DNA of 60,802 bases, counting the filler, from an uncultured bacterium (GTDB lineage: Bacteria; UBP4; UBA4092): assembly GCA_964644695.1 (NCBI GenBank). It is 3 parts of 2 records of this genome, joined end to end, with 100 filler letters (N's around TTAATTAATTAA, not from the genome) between each part and the next. Parts side by side here need not be neighbours in the genome. Positions count along the whole stretch, not along the records: positions 1 to 26,609 come from CAZXWN010000007.1; positions 26,710 to 48,647 come from CAZXWN010000007.1; 1 more part is not named here. The stretch is one strand, 5' to 3'. How positions within the stretch are numbered: the first letter of the stretch is position 1; the number at the start of each line of letters is the position of its first letter. Shown piece by piece: positions 19,697-29,914 of this stretch. Under the pieces are notes generated by a model that was not told the DNA's origin, searched no databases, and worked only from the letters and a program-made list of their open reading frames with translations. The translations under genes and the position numbers were made by a program.

Positions 19697-20329
19697 ATGA
19701 TTGGAAAACGGATTAAGTTCAAAATTCTGGATGGAGAAAAACGGCCAGAATACTTAAGAGAGTCTGCAAAGCAGGACCTGGGGGCTGTTATCTTCCTTTT
19801 TATTGTAACGATTATATTGGCGTGGCAGGGATATTATGAACCCTATCGGGAATACCATAATGATTATGTCGTTACGCCGTGCAAGGTCATTAATAGCCAG
19901 GCACTCGTATATACGATGAGAGGGAGATACGGAGGAGAAAATCATTATTATGTACCCATCATAGAATTTTCATATACTTGGCAGGGGACAAATTATATTT
20001 CCAATTATTACCGGTTGGTAAGAAATTCCTCCAGTTTCAAAAGCTGGGCCCAAAATGTCGTCAATCAATACCCCGCGGGAAAAGAAACCGCCTGTTTTGT
20101 GAACAAGAACAAACCCACTGAGGCAATGATTGAATGGCAGGTATCGTATTGGTCCATCTTCATGGGGATTCTGTGCCCAATCATGGGTTTAATGGCACTG
20201 GTTGTGTTGTATAAAACTATACAGAAGTTTCGATTGGCAGCCGTAGGAGGATTACCGGAAACTGTTATTGAATTCGATGCTGTATCGAATCCCGAAGCAG
20301 AGAATACAGAATCCGAAAAGAAGGATTAG
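19697..20329 (+). CDS. DUF3592-like membrane protein
   Basis: TM, then YYVPIIEFSYTWQG...YPAGKETACFVNKNKPTEA, then TM. Confidence 0.75.
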   Translation: MIGKRIKFKILDGEKRPEYLRESAKQDLGAVIFLFIVTIILAWQGYYEPYREYHNDYVVTPCKVINSQALVYTMRGRYGGENHYYVPIIEFSYTWQGTNYISNYYRLVRNSSSFKSWAQNVVNQYPAGKETACFVNKNKPTEAMIEWQVSYWSIFMGILCPIMGLMALVVLYKTIQKFRLAAVGGLPETVIEFDAVSNPEAENTESEKKD

Positions 20330-21006
20330 TCGTCGAGAACCATTCCTTCAAAGACTCGTACTCGACGGTCAGCTCTGGCAGCAAGTTCCGGGTCGTGAGT
20401 CACAATAATGACTGTCTGTTCCCGTTCTTCCTTAAGTTGCCAGAACAAGTCTAACACCTGATTTCCTGTTTTCCGGTCCAAGTTACCTGTAGGCTCATCA
20501 GCAAGGAGAATCGGCGGAGCATTGACCAGTGCGCGTGCAAGGGCCACACGCTGCTGTTCCCCACCTGACAGTTCTCCCGGGCGATGATGAAGCCTGTCTT
20601 GTAGTCCCAGTTTCACAAGGAGTTCTTCCGCTTTCTGATGACATTCCGAAATCGGTCTCCGGAGCATTCGACGGGGAATCCCCACATTTTCGAGAGCCGT
20701 AAACTCCGGTAACAAATGATGGAACTGAAAGAGAAACCCGACTTTCGTATTACGGATTTTGGCTAACTCAATGTCCGAATAAGAAAAAATGTCCGTGTTA
20801 TCCAACATCACTTTACCCGATGTAGGCCGATCCAGTCCCCCCAGCAAATGCAGAAGGGTCGATTTCCCTGCGCCAGAGGGTCCGATGATAGAGACAATCG
20901 TTCCCTGCTCTATCTCCAGATTGAGTCCCTTCAAAACCTCCAGCGTTCCAGTGCCCCAGGGATAACTTTTGCGTAATTCATGGGCTGATAAGACTATCTT
21001 ACTCAT
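20326..21006 (-). CDS. lolD: Lipoprotein-releasing ABC transporter ATP-binding protein
   Basis: [33 protein letters not shown] and ADEPTGNLD; adjacent to lolC/E. Confidence 0.92.
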   Translation of the reverse strand: MSKIVLSAHELRKSYPWGTGTLEVLKGLNLEIEQGTIVSIIGPSGAGKSTLLHLLGGLDRPTSGKVMLDNTDIFSYSDIELAKIRNTKVGFLFQFHHLLPEFTALENVGIPRRMLRRPISECHQKAEELLVKLGLQDRLHHRPGELSGGEQQRVALARALVNAPPILLADEPTGNLDRKTGNQVLDLFWQLKEEREQTVIIVTHDPELAARADRRVRVFEGMVLDD

Positions 21007-22213
21007 ACCGCAATCCCTCCACCGGATCCGTCTTACCCGCCTGCCATGACGGATAAACCGCCGCTAATAAACAAAGCCCCAGAGCACACACCGCAATCAA
21101 AGCAACAGACAAAGGCTCCACCAACACGGGCAATTTCTGTATGTAATAAATATCAGAGGGAAGCGAGATTAATTTGTAACGGTCCAGAAGGAAACAAATG
21201 AAAAGACCAAAGGCGGTCCCTGTGACCGTTCCAACAACGCCGATAATAAAACCCTGGAATAGAAATATTAGGGAGATTGACTGACGGGTTGCACCCATTG
21301 CTTTTAAGATGGCGATATCTCTGGCTTTCTCCATAGTCATCATGATCAATGTAGAGATAATATTAAAAGCGGCGACAACGACAATCAGCAGCAGAATAAT
21401 GAACATGACGGTTTTCTCAAGCTGCAACGCAGAGAACAATTCCCGGTTAAGGGTTTCCCACGATTTGACACTGAAGCTGTCACCCAGGTCTTTCTGAATA
21501 ACTTCGGCGAGAGCTTTTGCATTATCCGGATCATCTAATTTACAGTTGATGCCCGTCACTATCGATGAATCGAGGTCGTATAACCGCTGTGCCCCATCCA
21601 GTGAAGTGTAGGCCAGACTGGCATCATATTCATACATCCCTGAATCAAAAATCCCAACCACTTCAGATACCGAAGTCTTCGGAACCAATCCCATGGGAGT
21701 ACGGGCGACTTTGGAGAGAACAAACACTTTCGACCCGATCCCAATACCCAGCTTCTTAGCCAATTCTTTACCCAGGACCACTTCATCTTTCCCAACTCGT
21801 GGCAAATGGCCCTGAATCAGATTCTGTTTTAACTTGGAGACTTTCGGTTCCAGTTCCGGGTCAATACCCAACAGCATCACACCCTGTAAATAATCGGAGG
21901 ATTGCAGCATTCCCTGCACTCCGATAAAGGGAGCGGCACCGGTTATATTCTTTTCTTGTTTCAGGCGAGTCAGGACTGACTGGTAATCGGCGATGCCGGC
22001 GTCATCAGGTCCGCTAATCGTAATGTGGGCACGAGTCCCGAGAATCTTTTGTTTGAGGTCGCGGTCAAAGCCATTCATCACGGAAATAACAATAATGAGA
22101 GCCGCCACACCCACAGCAACGCCCATCATGGAAATAATCGTAATAATGGAAATGAAGGATTGTTTTCGTTTAGCCTTCATATAACGGAGGCTGACAAACC
22201 ATTCGTAGCTCAA
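20999..22213 (-). CDS. Lipoprotein-releasing ABC transporter permease LolC/E
   Basis: FISIITIISMMGVAVGVAALIIVISVMNGF, AAFNIISTL and IAILKAMGA motifs; TTG start. Confidence 0.92.
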   Translation of the reverse strand: MSYEWFVSLRYMKAKRKQSFISIITIISMMGVAVGVAALIIVISVMNGFDRDLKQKILGTRAHITISGPDDAGIADYQSVLTRLKQEKNITGAAPFIGVQGMLQSSDYLQGVMLLGIDPELEPKVSKLKQNLIQGHLPRVGKDEVVLGKELAKKLGIGIGSKVFVLSKVARTPMGLVPKTSVSEVVGIFDSGMYEYDASLAYTSLDGAQRLYDLDSSIVTGINCKLDDPDNAKALAEVIQKDLGDSFSVKSWETLNRELFSALQLEKTVMFIILLLIVVVAAFNIISTLIMMTMEKARDIAILKAMGATRQSISLIFLFQGFIIGVVGTVTGTAFGLFICFLLDRYKLISLPSDIYYIQKLPVLVEPLSVALIAVCALGLCLLAAVYPSWQAGKTDPVEGLRYE

Positions 22214-22219
22214 AAGAAC

Positions 22220-23782
22220 CTACCTTCTTCGCAGCCAGGCCCACAAGCCGGCGACGATAATCAAACCAGGAATCAGAATAACACAGACGAATCCTATCAA
22301 CTGCATCTGCCCCGGTGTGAGAGATAATTGACGCTCATCCGATGCCTGCGCACGGATACCTAAAACATTTGTATTATCGGACAACCAGGCAATACAATTC
22401 AGAAACAAATCACGATTTCCATAAGACCCACCCACTCGGGATGCCAATATCTGATTAGACGCAAAGAAAACATTCCCGAGAGCAATCACCCGTAACTCTG
22501 ATTTTATCGAATCTGTTGAATCATTGGACAAAATTGGTTTGAGATAGGTAGCACCCAAAATCAGAGGCGGTGCCACATCCTTACCTTCATCATATTGCAA
22601 AGCATCTCGTTTGATTTCAGTCTCACCCCAGGCATAGGGAAGGTCTGTCGCCACTATCAACAGAGGCTCCATGACTCCAATATCAGGAGGCTCCTGAGGA
22701 AGAACCACCGTCCGAGAATAAGGGAACACACAGACAGAGAGATTCCGGGTAATATCGGTTTTAGGATAAACAGTCAGTAAGGGAACAAGGCTGTCCTGCC
22801 CCAGATGACTGGCATGGTCAATAACCAGATCGTGATTGAACTGTAATTGATAAGGGGCCAGGAGTCCATTGAAAGGATTTGTCTTTCCGGGGCCGACCAT
22901 AACCAGTATCCTGCCGCCTTTATTGAGCCAGGACTGAAGCAGGGTTTGTTCCTCAGGCAGTAAATCAGTTTTAGGGCCGGGGACAACCAGGACAGATAAA
23001 TCATCAGGGAGTGTGGACCGACCGGATAAGGTCAGCTGACTGACAGAATAATTTTCTTCTTCCAAGGCCGTCTTAATCAGAGAAAGTCCAGTTTCTTCCG
23101 TATCTTCGATAGATAACTCTCCATGACCTTCCAGAAAATATACCTTCCGCTGATTCGGGTTCACCAAACGATTGATGGCATTCGAAATGTCCCGTTCTTC
23201 AAATCCGGTGATGACACTTCGCCGGCCCTGATAAAGTAAAATCACTTTCCCATCAGAAGCTCCGTACTGCATTGCCATGGCGGGATTTTGTTCAGGGTCC
23301 AGATATTGCAGCTTGAACTTGGGTGTCTGGGCGGCAAATTCATTCAGCATATTACGAGCCTGGGAATATAACGGATTGGCCGGTGTATAAACAGCCATCA
23401 CCTGAACAGGCTCTTTCAGTTGTCCCATGAGTTTTCGAGTTTGGTCCGAGAGCGTATATTTCCGGGTTTGAGTGGTATCAAATCGGAAGTGATGACGAGA
23501 CGACAAGAAATTGACTGCAACCAAAATTCCCAGGATAACGAGAATAAAGGCCAGTGAATGAGTCCCGGAAAAGAATCGACGGGACGTAAAATAATCCTTG
23601 ATGACCTGCCAGCGAAGCACACACCACAAACCTGACAGAAGAATCCCGACACTCCCCATAATCTTGATCCACATCGGAAGATATCCAAGAAACACCCGAC
23701 CCAGACCCGTTGTCACCAGTAACGCCAGCCCCACAACTCCGGACAGGTCAATGAGAATGTCTATGTTTTTTTTATTCATCAT
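22220..23782 (-). CDS. GldG-like ABC transporter auxiliary component
   Basis: RFDTTQTRKYTLSDQT, KVYFLEGHGE, GNRDLFLNCIAWL; C-terminal TM. Confidence 0.85.
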   Translation of the reverse strand: MMNKKNIDILIDLSGVVGLALLVTTGLGRVFLGYLPMWIKIMGSVGILLSGLWCVLRWQVIKDYFTSRRFFSGTHSLAFILVILGILVAVNFLSSRHHFRFDTTQTRKYTLSDQTRKLMGQLKEPVQVMAVYTPANPLYSQARNMLNEFAAQTPKFKLQYLDPEQNPAMAMQYGASDGKVILLYQGRRSVITGFEERDISNAINRLVNPNQRKVYFLEGHGELSIEDTEETGLSLIKTALEEENYSVSQLTLSGRSTLPDDLSVLVVPGPKTDLLPEEQTLLQSWLNKGGRILVMVGPGKTNPFNGLLAPYQLQFNHDLVIDHASHLGQDSLVPLLTVYPKTDITRNLSVCVFPYSRTVVLPQEPPDIGVMEPLLIVATDLPYAWGETEIKRDALQYDEGKDVAPPLILGATYLKPILSNDSTDSIKSELRVIALGNVFFASNQILASRVGGSYGNRDLFLNCIAWLSDNTNVLGIRAQASDERQLSLTPGQMQLIGFVCVILIPGLIIVAGLWAWLRRR

Positions 23783-23786
23783 CTGA

Positions 23787-24500
23787 TTATTTCCATTTCC
23801 GGGTTCGAAGTGCCAGGGCTGACAGATAAAGAACAAATCCAATGAAACTCAAGAAATAAATGATTTGTTGCGTATCAATAACACCTCGGGACATTTCATC
23901 ATAATGGTGGGGAAGATTCAGAAAATTCAAGATATCGGATAAGGGGGCGGAAACATAATTAGGCACCAGTCCGGTGATAATACCCAACCCCAGAATAAAA
24001 CCAAAGGCTAATAAGGCGGCGACAATTTGGTTCTTTGAAAGAACTGAGGCCAGAATCCCCAGAGCCGAAAAACAGGCACTCATCAACATCAGCCCCAGAT
24101 AACTTACAACAATGGGCCAGATATCAATAGGGCCAAATAGAGATAGTAGTAAGGGGAAAATCCAGGACAAGCCAACCATACATCCAATGAGAGCCATGGC
24201 ACCCAGAAATTTCCCGACAATCACTTCTATCTCACTGACAGGTGCGGTGAGCAGGACTTCCAGTGTGCCCGTACGCCGCTCTTCGGCCACCAGACGCATG
24301 GTAATCAAAGGACACAGGAACTGCAGCATGGCCATCATCATCATAAACACCTGCTGCATATCATCTGACCGGGTCAGGCCGATTAAAAGGACAAAGACCA
24401 CACCGGAAATTAATGAGAATAACGCCGCTAATACATAGGCTATCGGCGAATTAAAATAATGCCTTAATTCTTTACGGATGAGTGCCCCCAAATTATTCAT
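23787..24500 (-). CDS. ABC-2 permease (GldF-like)
   Basis: KELRHYFNSPIAY, PLITMRLVAEERRTGTLEVLLTAPV. Confidence 0.9.
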   Translation of the reverse strand: MNNLGALIRKELRHYFNSPIAYVLAALFSLISGVVFVLLIGLTRSDDMQQVFMMMMAMLQFLCPLITMRLVAEERRTGTLEVLLTAPVSEIEVIVGKFLGAMALIGCMVGLSWIFPLLLSLFGPIDIWPIVVSYLGLMLMSACFSALGILASVLSKNQIVAALLAFGFILGLGIITGLVPNYVSAPLSDILNFLNLPHHYDEMSRGVIDTQQIIYFLSFIGFVLYLSALALRTRKWK

Positions 24501-25452
24501 GGGAGACCTCCTCATCTTTGGTGGTTAACTGCACAAACACATCTTCTAAACTCACCTGATGGGTCTGCAGGGACAATATCCTGCCCCCTTTAGCAATGAC
24601 CAGACCGGCCACATCGGCTCTCAAATCCATGTCCGGTTTCACTTCAATACTATAATGGTTTGTCTCCCGACAATTCACCGAAACAACTCCGTCAAGGGCA
24701 GAGAGCTCCTTCAGTAAATCGGGAGAACCTTTTTCTAACTCAAGCAGAATATTGGGCGTTTTATTGATGCGTGAAGACAGATTCTCCGGAGTATCCTCGG
24801 CAACCGTAACCCCCTCATGAATAATCACGACTCGCTGGCACGTCATAGAGACTTCCGGCAAGATGTGGGTGGACAGGAGAACCGTATGTTCACCCCCCAG
24901 AGATTTAATTAATTCACGGGTTTCACGAATCGCCACCGGATCAAGTCCGACCGTGGGTTCATCAAGAATGATGACATCCGGCTTATGAATAATGGCCATG
25001 GCAAGTCCTACCCGCTGCCGATATCCTTTAGACAGTTTCCCAATCAGTTGATTCGACACATCGGTAATCATGCACCGTTCCAGAGTCTCGTTCACACGAC
25101 TTTCACGAAGTTTCCGCGCGACACCCTTAATATCGGCATGAAATCGAAGATAATCCCGAACAGAAAAATCCGGATATAACGGAACATTCTCAGGAAGATA
25201 TCCGATATAACGACGCGCATCCACCGGATGTTCTGTCACATCAATACCGGCTACGACAACAGAACCACTTTCCAGTGGCAGAAAACCGGTCAGGACTTTC
25301 ATGGTCGTGGATTTACCCGCCGCATTAGGTCCCAGAAATCCGAGGATTTCACCTTTGCGTACAGAAAAACTGACATCCCGAACAGCAAGTTTGGTTCCAT
25401 AACTCCGGGACAGGTTTTTGACTTCAATCATTAATTGAGTATTTTCAGACAT
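24493..25452 (-). CDS. ABC transporter ATP-binding protein (GldA-like)
   Basis: GFLGPNAAGKSTT, LSKGYRQR, LDEPTVGLDP and STHILPEV motifs. Confidence 0.92.
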   Translation of the reverse strand: MSENTQLMIEVKNLSRSYGTKLAVRDVSFSVRKGEILGFLGPNAAGKSTTMKVLTGFLPLESGSVVVAGIDVTEHPVDARRYIGYLPENVPLYPDFSVRDYLRFHADIKGVARKLRESRVNETLERCMITDVSNQLIGKLSKGYRQRVGLAMAIIHKPDVIILDEPTVGLDPVAIRETRELIKSLGGEHTVLLSTHILPEVSMTCQRVVIIHEGVTVAEDTPENLSSRINKTPNILLELEKGSPDLLKELSALDGVVSVNCRETNHYSIEVKPDMDLRADVAGLVIAKGGRILSLQTHQVSLEDVFVQLTTKDEEVSHE

Positions 25453-25568
25453 AAGTAAGTTCTTATTTTAGGAGGATTATCCTTTTGTTTCAAATAAATA
25501 CCCTGTTTACAGGTTTCAAGATGACTTTACCTTAAATCAATACCCTGACACTGCCAGAATAACACACT

Positions 25569-25619
25569 AAACGAACCAGCCACGGACCTGCTCCGAGCAA
25601 GTCCGTGGCTGATTCGTTT
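25569..25619. repeat. Intergenic palindromic repeat, copy 3 (best conserved)
   Basis: AAACGAACCAGCCACGGACCTGCTC-C-GAGCAAGTCCGTGGCTGATTCGTTT; near-perfect palindrome. Confidence 0.9.
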
Positions 25620-25641
25620 TAAGTCGATTTTTTCAAGGGTT

Positions 25642-26609
25642 TTAGAGCGGGTCTCGGACATCCTGAGCAAAGGTTGCCTTTGGATTCATGGCCTTTAATC
25701 TCATGGCAAACCGGATAGAATCATCGTCTTCTGTATGTCTCAGAGTGATATAGGCTTCCCAACAATGTAAATCACGGATAATGTCGGTACGAACCTCTTC
25801 CAGACGACCCCGGCTGATGTTGTAATTCACTCGGGTATCGACTTTCCATTTCTTGCCTACATAGAACGCCACACCAGGATATAAACTGGCTTCATCATAA
25901 TTTCCACCGGCAAAATCCGGCGTTTGATTCAATTTGTAATAAAGGACCATATACCCAGACCATCTGTCAGAAGGATGATAGATTGCCGAGGCCAGGAAAG
26001 ACTGGTAACTATGGAAGTAATTTCCATTGAGGGTATCAAACCGTTTACCCCGCGCCAGAATGTTGGTTAAACCCAAATCCAGGGTTGTAGTTGCCTTCCA
26101 GGTCATTTCAAGACGGCTGTAATATTGACGGTCATCCGTCCGAATATCATCTTCCGGAAGAACACTTAATTCAGAACGCCACCGGACATTCAGACGATTA
26201 TTTGGATGACGATAACGGATTCTGGCACCAATCAGGTGGTTATACAGGTTATCGCCGCCTTCTTCTTCATTACTGTCGATTTGTTTCTCCGCCACATAAT
26301 ACAGGTCTAAACGGGTAAACCGATTGATTCTATTTTGTAACCGGAGTTTTGCTTCCAGGAAAGTATCAAAATCACTGTCATCCACAATCACGGAAGTTTT
26401 ATCTGACCATGTATTATAGAGGCTCAAAGATGGAACAAAGGTCATTTTTTCAGTCAGCGGATAGGATGCAGTCAGGGTCTGGTCCCAATCGAGTTGGGAG
26501 GTATTCACCATCGGAGAACTGTCAGAGGGGAATCCATTTTCCGGATATCGAACATGGGAAATGCTGCCCTGGGTCGTATAGTAGAAGGGTAGTCCTCCCA
26601 CCTGCTGAT
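25642..26609 (-). CDS. lptD: LptD-like outer-membrane beta-barrel, C-terminal part (5' truncated by contig end)
   Basis: Alternating beta-strand pattern; C-terminal RDLHCWE motif seen in LptD-type proteins; frame open up to the N gap. Confidence 0.65.
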
Positions 26610-26709
26610 NNNNNNNNNNNNNNNNNNNNNNNNNNNNNNNNNNNNNNNNNNNNTTAATTAATTAANNNNNNNNNNNNNNNNNNNNNNNNNNNNNNNNNNN
26701 NNNNNNNNN
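26610..26709. other. Artificial contig linker
   Basis: 100 bp of N with a central TTAATTAATTAA (stop in all six frames). Confidence 0.98.
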
Positions 26710-26799
26710 ATAAGTCACCGATTGTTTTACTACTTTTTACAAATATTTTTTCAAATAGCGTAATATGAAGTTTTCTCCATGGGAAACTGACGATAGAGT

Positions 26800-26832
26800 C
26801 ACGGAGCAGCTCGGAGCAGGTCCGTGGATGAT
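26800..26832. repeat. Intergenic palindromic repeat, copy 4 (reverse orientation)
   Basis: CACGGAGCAGCTCGGAGCAGGTCCGTGGATGAT; reverse complement ATCATCCACGGACCTGCTCCGAGCTGCTCCGTG. Confidence 0.8.
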
Positions 26833-26955
26833 ACAGTGGGGGAGTGGATGGAAAAAGGCGGCAAGAGGGTGGGTCAAGGTGGGAAAAAGGCCTGTGATAA
26901 AATACCGCTGATTATTTAATGTGGATATATTATCGAGGTAACTGGAGGATCAGAA

Positions 26956-28608
26956 ATGAAAAAGACATCGGGACTTCTTTTATTTTTTGCCTGGGTATTA
27001 ATGGCCAGTATGGCCTGTGGAGTAGAACTTCCGGGCGTGAAGTATGGTGATAAAGAGCCCGTCAGTCCCGGAGTCTGGTATCAACATGCCCGGGATACCA
27101 GTGTTCCATGGGACATCAATATTCTGGAAATCGATACCCGGAATCGGAATGTGGGGTTAATTCCTGTCTATGTTCAGCCGCGGATGACTCCCAGCGGGAT
27201 CGCGCGGCGGGAGGATGCGGTCGCCTGCATCAATGGCGGATATTTCAATACCAGTTCCTTCACGACTTTAAGTTATTTTGAGAAAGATAACCTGGTAGAA
27301 CATTCAGGAAATGGAAGCAGTTTCTTTGGAATTTCTCCGGGAATAAAACCGAAAATGGTCATGACTCGGTTACAAAAGGGAGGGACCCCCTTCGTTTCTC
27401 CTTCGTTCTGGAATGATATTACCGACGGAATCGGGGGCGGCCCGAAATTAGTTGACAACGGGATTCTGGATGTTGGGACAACGGAGCCTTACAATCTGGC
27501 TGGACATATCAATGCCCGCCATCCCCGGAGTGCGGTGGGATTCAATACTACTAACAACAGACTTTATTTTGTGGTTGTTGATGGCCGACAAAAGGGGTGG
27601 AGTGCCGGCATGAGTTGTACCGAGTTAGGTAAACTGATGTTGGACCTGGGTTGTCATTATGCACTTAATTATGACGGGGGAGGTTCCTCGGGTATGGTGG
27701 TCAGGGGATCCGTTAAAAACAGGCCTTCGGATGGGACAGAACGGAAAGTCCCTACGGCCTGGGTGATTGTTCAGGGGGTTACTATGGATAATCTGGATCC
27801 GGAATGCCACATCAGCGGACGGTGGAATCGTCTGACGGGAGAGGGAGTCTATTTCCGAAACGGATTATCTATCAATGGTGGAGATACCCGGGCGGCGGTG
27901 ACATGGATCCCGACATTGGAGTCCTCCGGTCAATATAAACTGTATGCTTGGTGGGGAAAAGATTCGACCCAGTCCAATCGTGTCCCGGTCATTGTCTGGG
28001 ATACTGTTTCGGCTCAGACGGTCTTTGTGGACCAGTCGGTTCAGGGTGGGACATGGAATCTGGTCGGGACCTTCAACCTTAAAACGGGTGGACAGAATAC
28101 CATCAAGATACAAAATGTGGCGGACAAAAAATCAAAGGTCAGTGCGGATGCGGTTCGTCTGGTCTATCTGGGGCCAGTTCGGGATGAAGTGATTATTGAT
28201 AATCAGGATCCTAAAACATCTCGACAGGGAGAATGGCTCTCCGGTGCCTATGGTGCGCCGGTGAATAAGGATTATGTCTCGACAGTTACGGGAACGGGGT
28301 CAAGCCAGTTCAACTGGGAGACAATTCTCTCGAAACCCGGACGGTATGAAGTGTCTGCCTGGTGGGTGAATGGAACAAACAGAAACACGGAAGCTAAATA
28401 TGAGATTTACCATTCACAGGGAACGGAAACGGTCACCGTGGATCAGACACAGAATGGAAATAAATGGAATGTTTTGGGTCAATTTGAGTTTGATTCCATA
28501 ACACCGGCGAAAGTTACCCTCAATAATAATGGACCGGAGGGGAAAGTCGTCATAGCCGATGCGGTGAGGTTTGAATATCTGGGACCAGTCACTTCCGCCA
28601 CGAAATAA
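26956..28608 (+). CDS. Secreted phosphodiester glycosidase (NAGPA family) with two golvesin/Xly-CBD-like domains
   Basis: INGGYF, GGGPKLV, RHPRSAVG, VVVDGRQ and NYDGGGSS motifs; two repeats ending VDQ...WNxxGxF...ADAVR. Confidence 0.88.
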   Translation: MKKTSGLLLFFAWVLMASMACGVELPGVKYGDKEPVSPGVWYQHARDTSVPWDINILEIDTRNRNVGLIPVYVQPRMTPSGIARREDAVACINGGYFNTSSFTTLSYFEKDNLVEHSGNGSSFFGISPGIKPKMVMTRLQKGGTPFVSPSFWNDITDGIGGGPKLVDNGILDVGTTEPYNLAGHINARHPRSAVGFNTTNNRLYFVVVDGRQKGWSAGMSCTELGKLMLDLGCHYALNYDGGGSSGMVVRGSVKNRPSDGTERKVPTAWVIVQGVTMDNLDPECHISGRWNRLTGEGVYFRNGLSINGGDTRAAVTWIPTLESSGQYKLYAWWGKDSTQSNRVPVIVWDTVSAQTVFVDQSVQGGTWNLVGTFNLKTGGQNTIKIQNVADKKSKVSADAVRLVYLGPVRDEVIIDNQDPKTSRQGEWLSGAYGAPVNKDYVSTVTGTGSSQFNWETILSKPGRYEVSAWWVNGTNRNTEAKYEIYHSQGTETVTVDQTQNGNKWNVLGQFEFDSITPAKVTLNNNGPEGKVVIADAVRFEYLGPVTSATK

Positions 28609-28630
28609 TCTGATATTTTGAATACATTTG

Positions 28631-28664
28631 AACGGGGTGAGTCAAAAACTCATCCCGTTTTTTT
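28631..28664 (+). terminator. Intrinsic terminator
   Basis: AACGGGGTGAGT/ACTCATCCCGTT stem followed by a T tract. Confidence 0.75.
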
Positions 28665-28724
28665 ATTGATATCGTAATAGAGGGTATAAAGATGGGATGG
28701 GGTCGGGAGAAAGAGAAAAGAAAA

Positions 28725-28800
<76 letters not shown>

Positions 28801-28813
28801 ATCACCAACGTTT

Positions 28814-29866
28814 TCAGATAGTTACATCTATCTTATTATCTATATTTTTAGGGCGGTGTCTATATGGTGTCCATGTACTATCCAGTTTATTAACCGCCTC
28901 TTGAACATGAACCGGGGACAAATGGGAATAACGGATAGTCATTTTAATATCTTTATGTCCCAGTAATTGCTGAACTGTCCGCAAATCTACTCCGCTCATA
29001 ACTAATTGTGATCCAAAGGTATGGCGAAGATCATGGAAATGAAAGTTTTCGATTTCAGCTCTTCTTAAAGCTGAATGAAAAGCTGTTTTTATATCCTTAT
29101 ACGGCATTCCATTACTACCTTCAAAAACATAGGCTCCATGACGTTGTTTATAAAGTTCATTAAGCTCTTGATACAACCTATTATTTATCGGAATAACCCG
29201 TAATTGGTTGTTTTTCGAGTTAATAATTTGAATCTTGCGGTATTCAATATTAACGTTTTCCCACTTTAAACGCAATATCTCGTTTCTTCGCATCCCCGTA
29301 TTTAAAGCCATAACTACAATAGGACGAAGATGCAAAGAACACTTTGAAATTAGTAATTCAGCTTCCCTAGGCTCCAAGTATCTAAGCCTTCCTGGAGGCT
29401 CTTTTAAAAGCTTGATTCCCTTTGTGGGGTTAATTCTTGCATATCCCCATTCTAAAGCCTTTGTATACATATGTTTAAGGCAAGCTAATTCCCGATTAAC
29501 CGTTGCAGGTTGGACGGTGTTAAGTCGCATAACTTTGTATCGCTCAATCATCTGGGGTGTAATTCCACAAAGAAAGTAGCCTTTAAAAAAGGGGGTGAGT
29601 TGGTTCAAGCTGACCTTATCTCGCCGTTCATACATTGAGTGAGACTTGTTGGCCTTAGAGTATTCAAGATATTCTTTTGCATAGTCTTCAAATAATATCT
29701 TCTTTTCATCAGATATGTTCAAGAATTCTCTCTTTGCGATTTTTACTTGGATATCCTTTAGTACTTGGTCAGCCAGTTTTTTGGAAGGACCGATCTTTTT
29801 CCGTTTTCGATGACCTTGAACATAATAGTCAACATACCAGTTAGCACCTTTTTGGTATATACCCAT
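28814..29866 (-). CDS. Tyrosine recombinase / phage-type integrase
   Basis: N-terminal arm-binding WYVDYY; TGMRRNE (R), KNN (K), FHDLRHTF (HxxR), LLGH, TIRYSH (Y); GGAGGTG RBS. Confidence 0.96.
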   Translation of the reverse strand: MGIYQKGANWYVDYYVQGHRKRKKIGPSKKLADQVLKDIQVKIAKREFLNISDEKKILFEDYAKEYLEYSKANKSHSMYERRDKVSLNQLTPFFKGYFLCGITPQMIERYKVMRLNTVQPATVNRELACLKHMYTKALEWGYARINPTKGIKLLKEPPGRLRYLEPREAELLISKCSLHLRPIVVMALNTGMRRNEILRLKWENVNIEYRKIQIINSKNNQLRVIPINNRLYQELNELYKQRHGAYVFEGSNGMPYKDIKTAFHSALRRAEIENFHFHDLRHTFGSQLVMSGVDLRTVQQLLGHKDIKMTIRYSHLSPVHVQEAVNKLDSTWTPYRHRPKNIDNKIDVTI

Positions 29867-29914
29867 CTTTATTCACCTCCTTTCAATAAAACCGTCAGTC
29901 GCCAATTAGGTATA

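Noticed and set aside
22220-25452. Gliding motility system
   Set aside because: GldA/F/G-like ABC transporters are widespread outside gliding bacteria, and no other gld/spr genes are present.
26654-26665. TTAATTAATTAA palindrome (also 48692-48703)
   Set aside because: Synthetic six-frame stop spacer inside the N runs.
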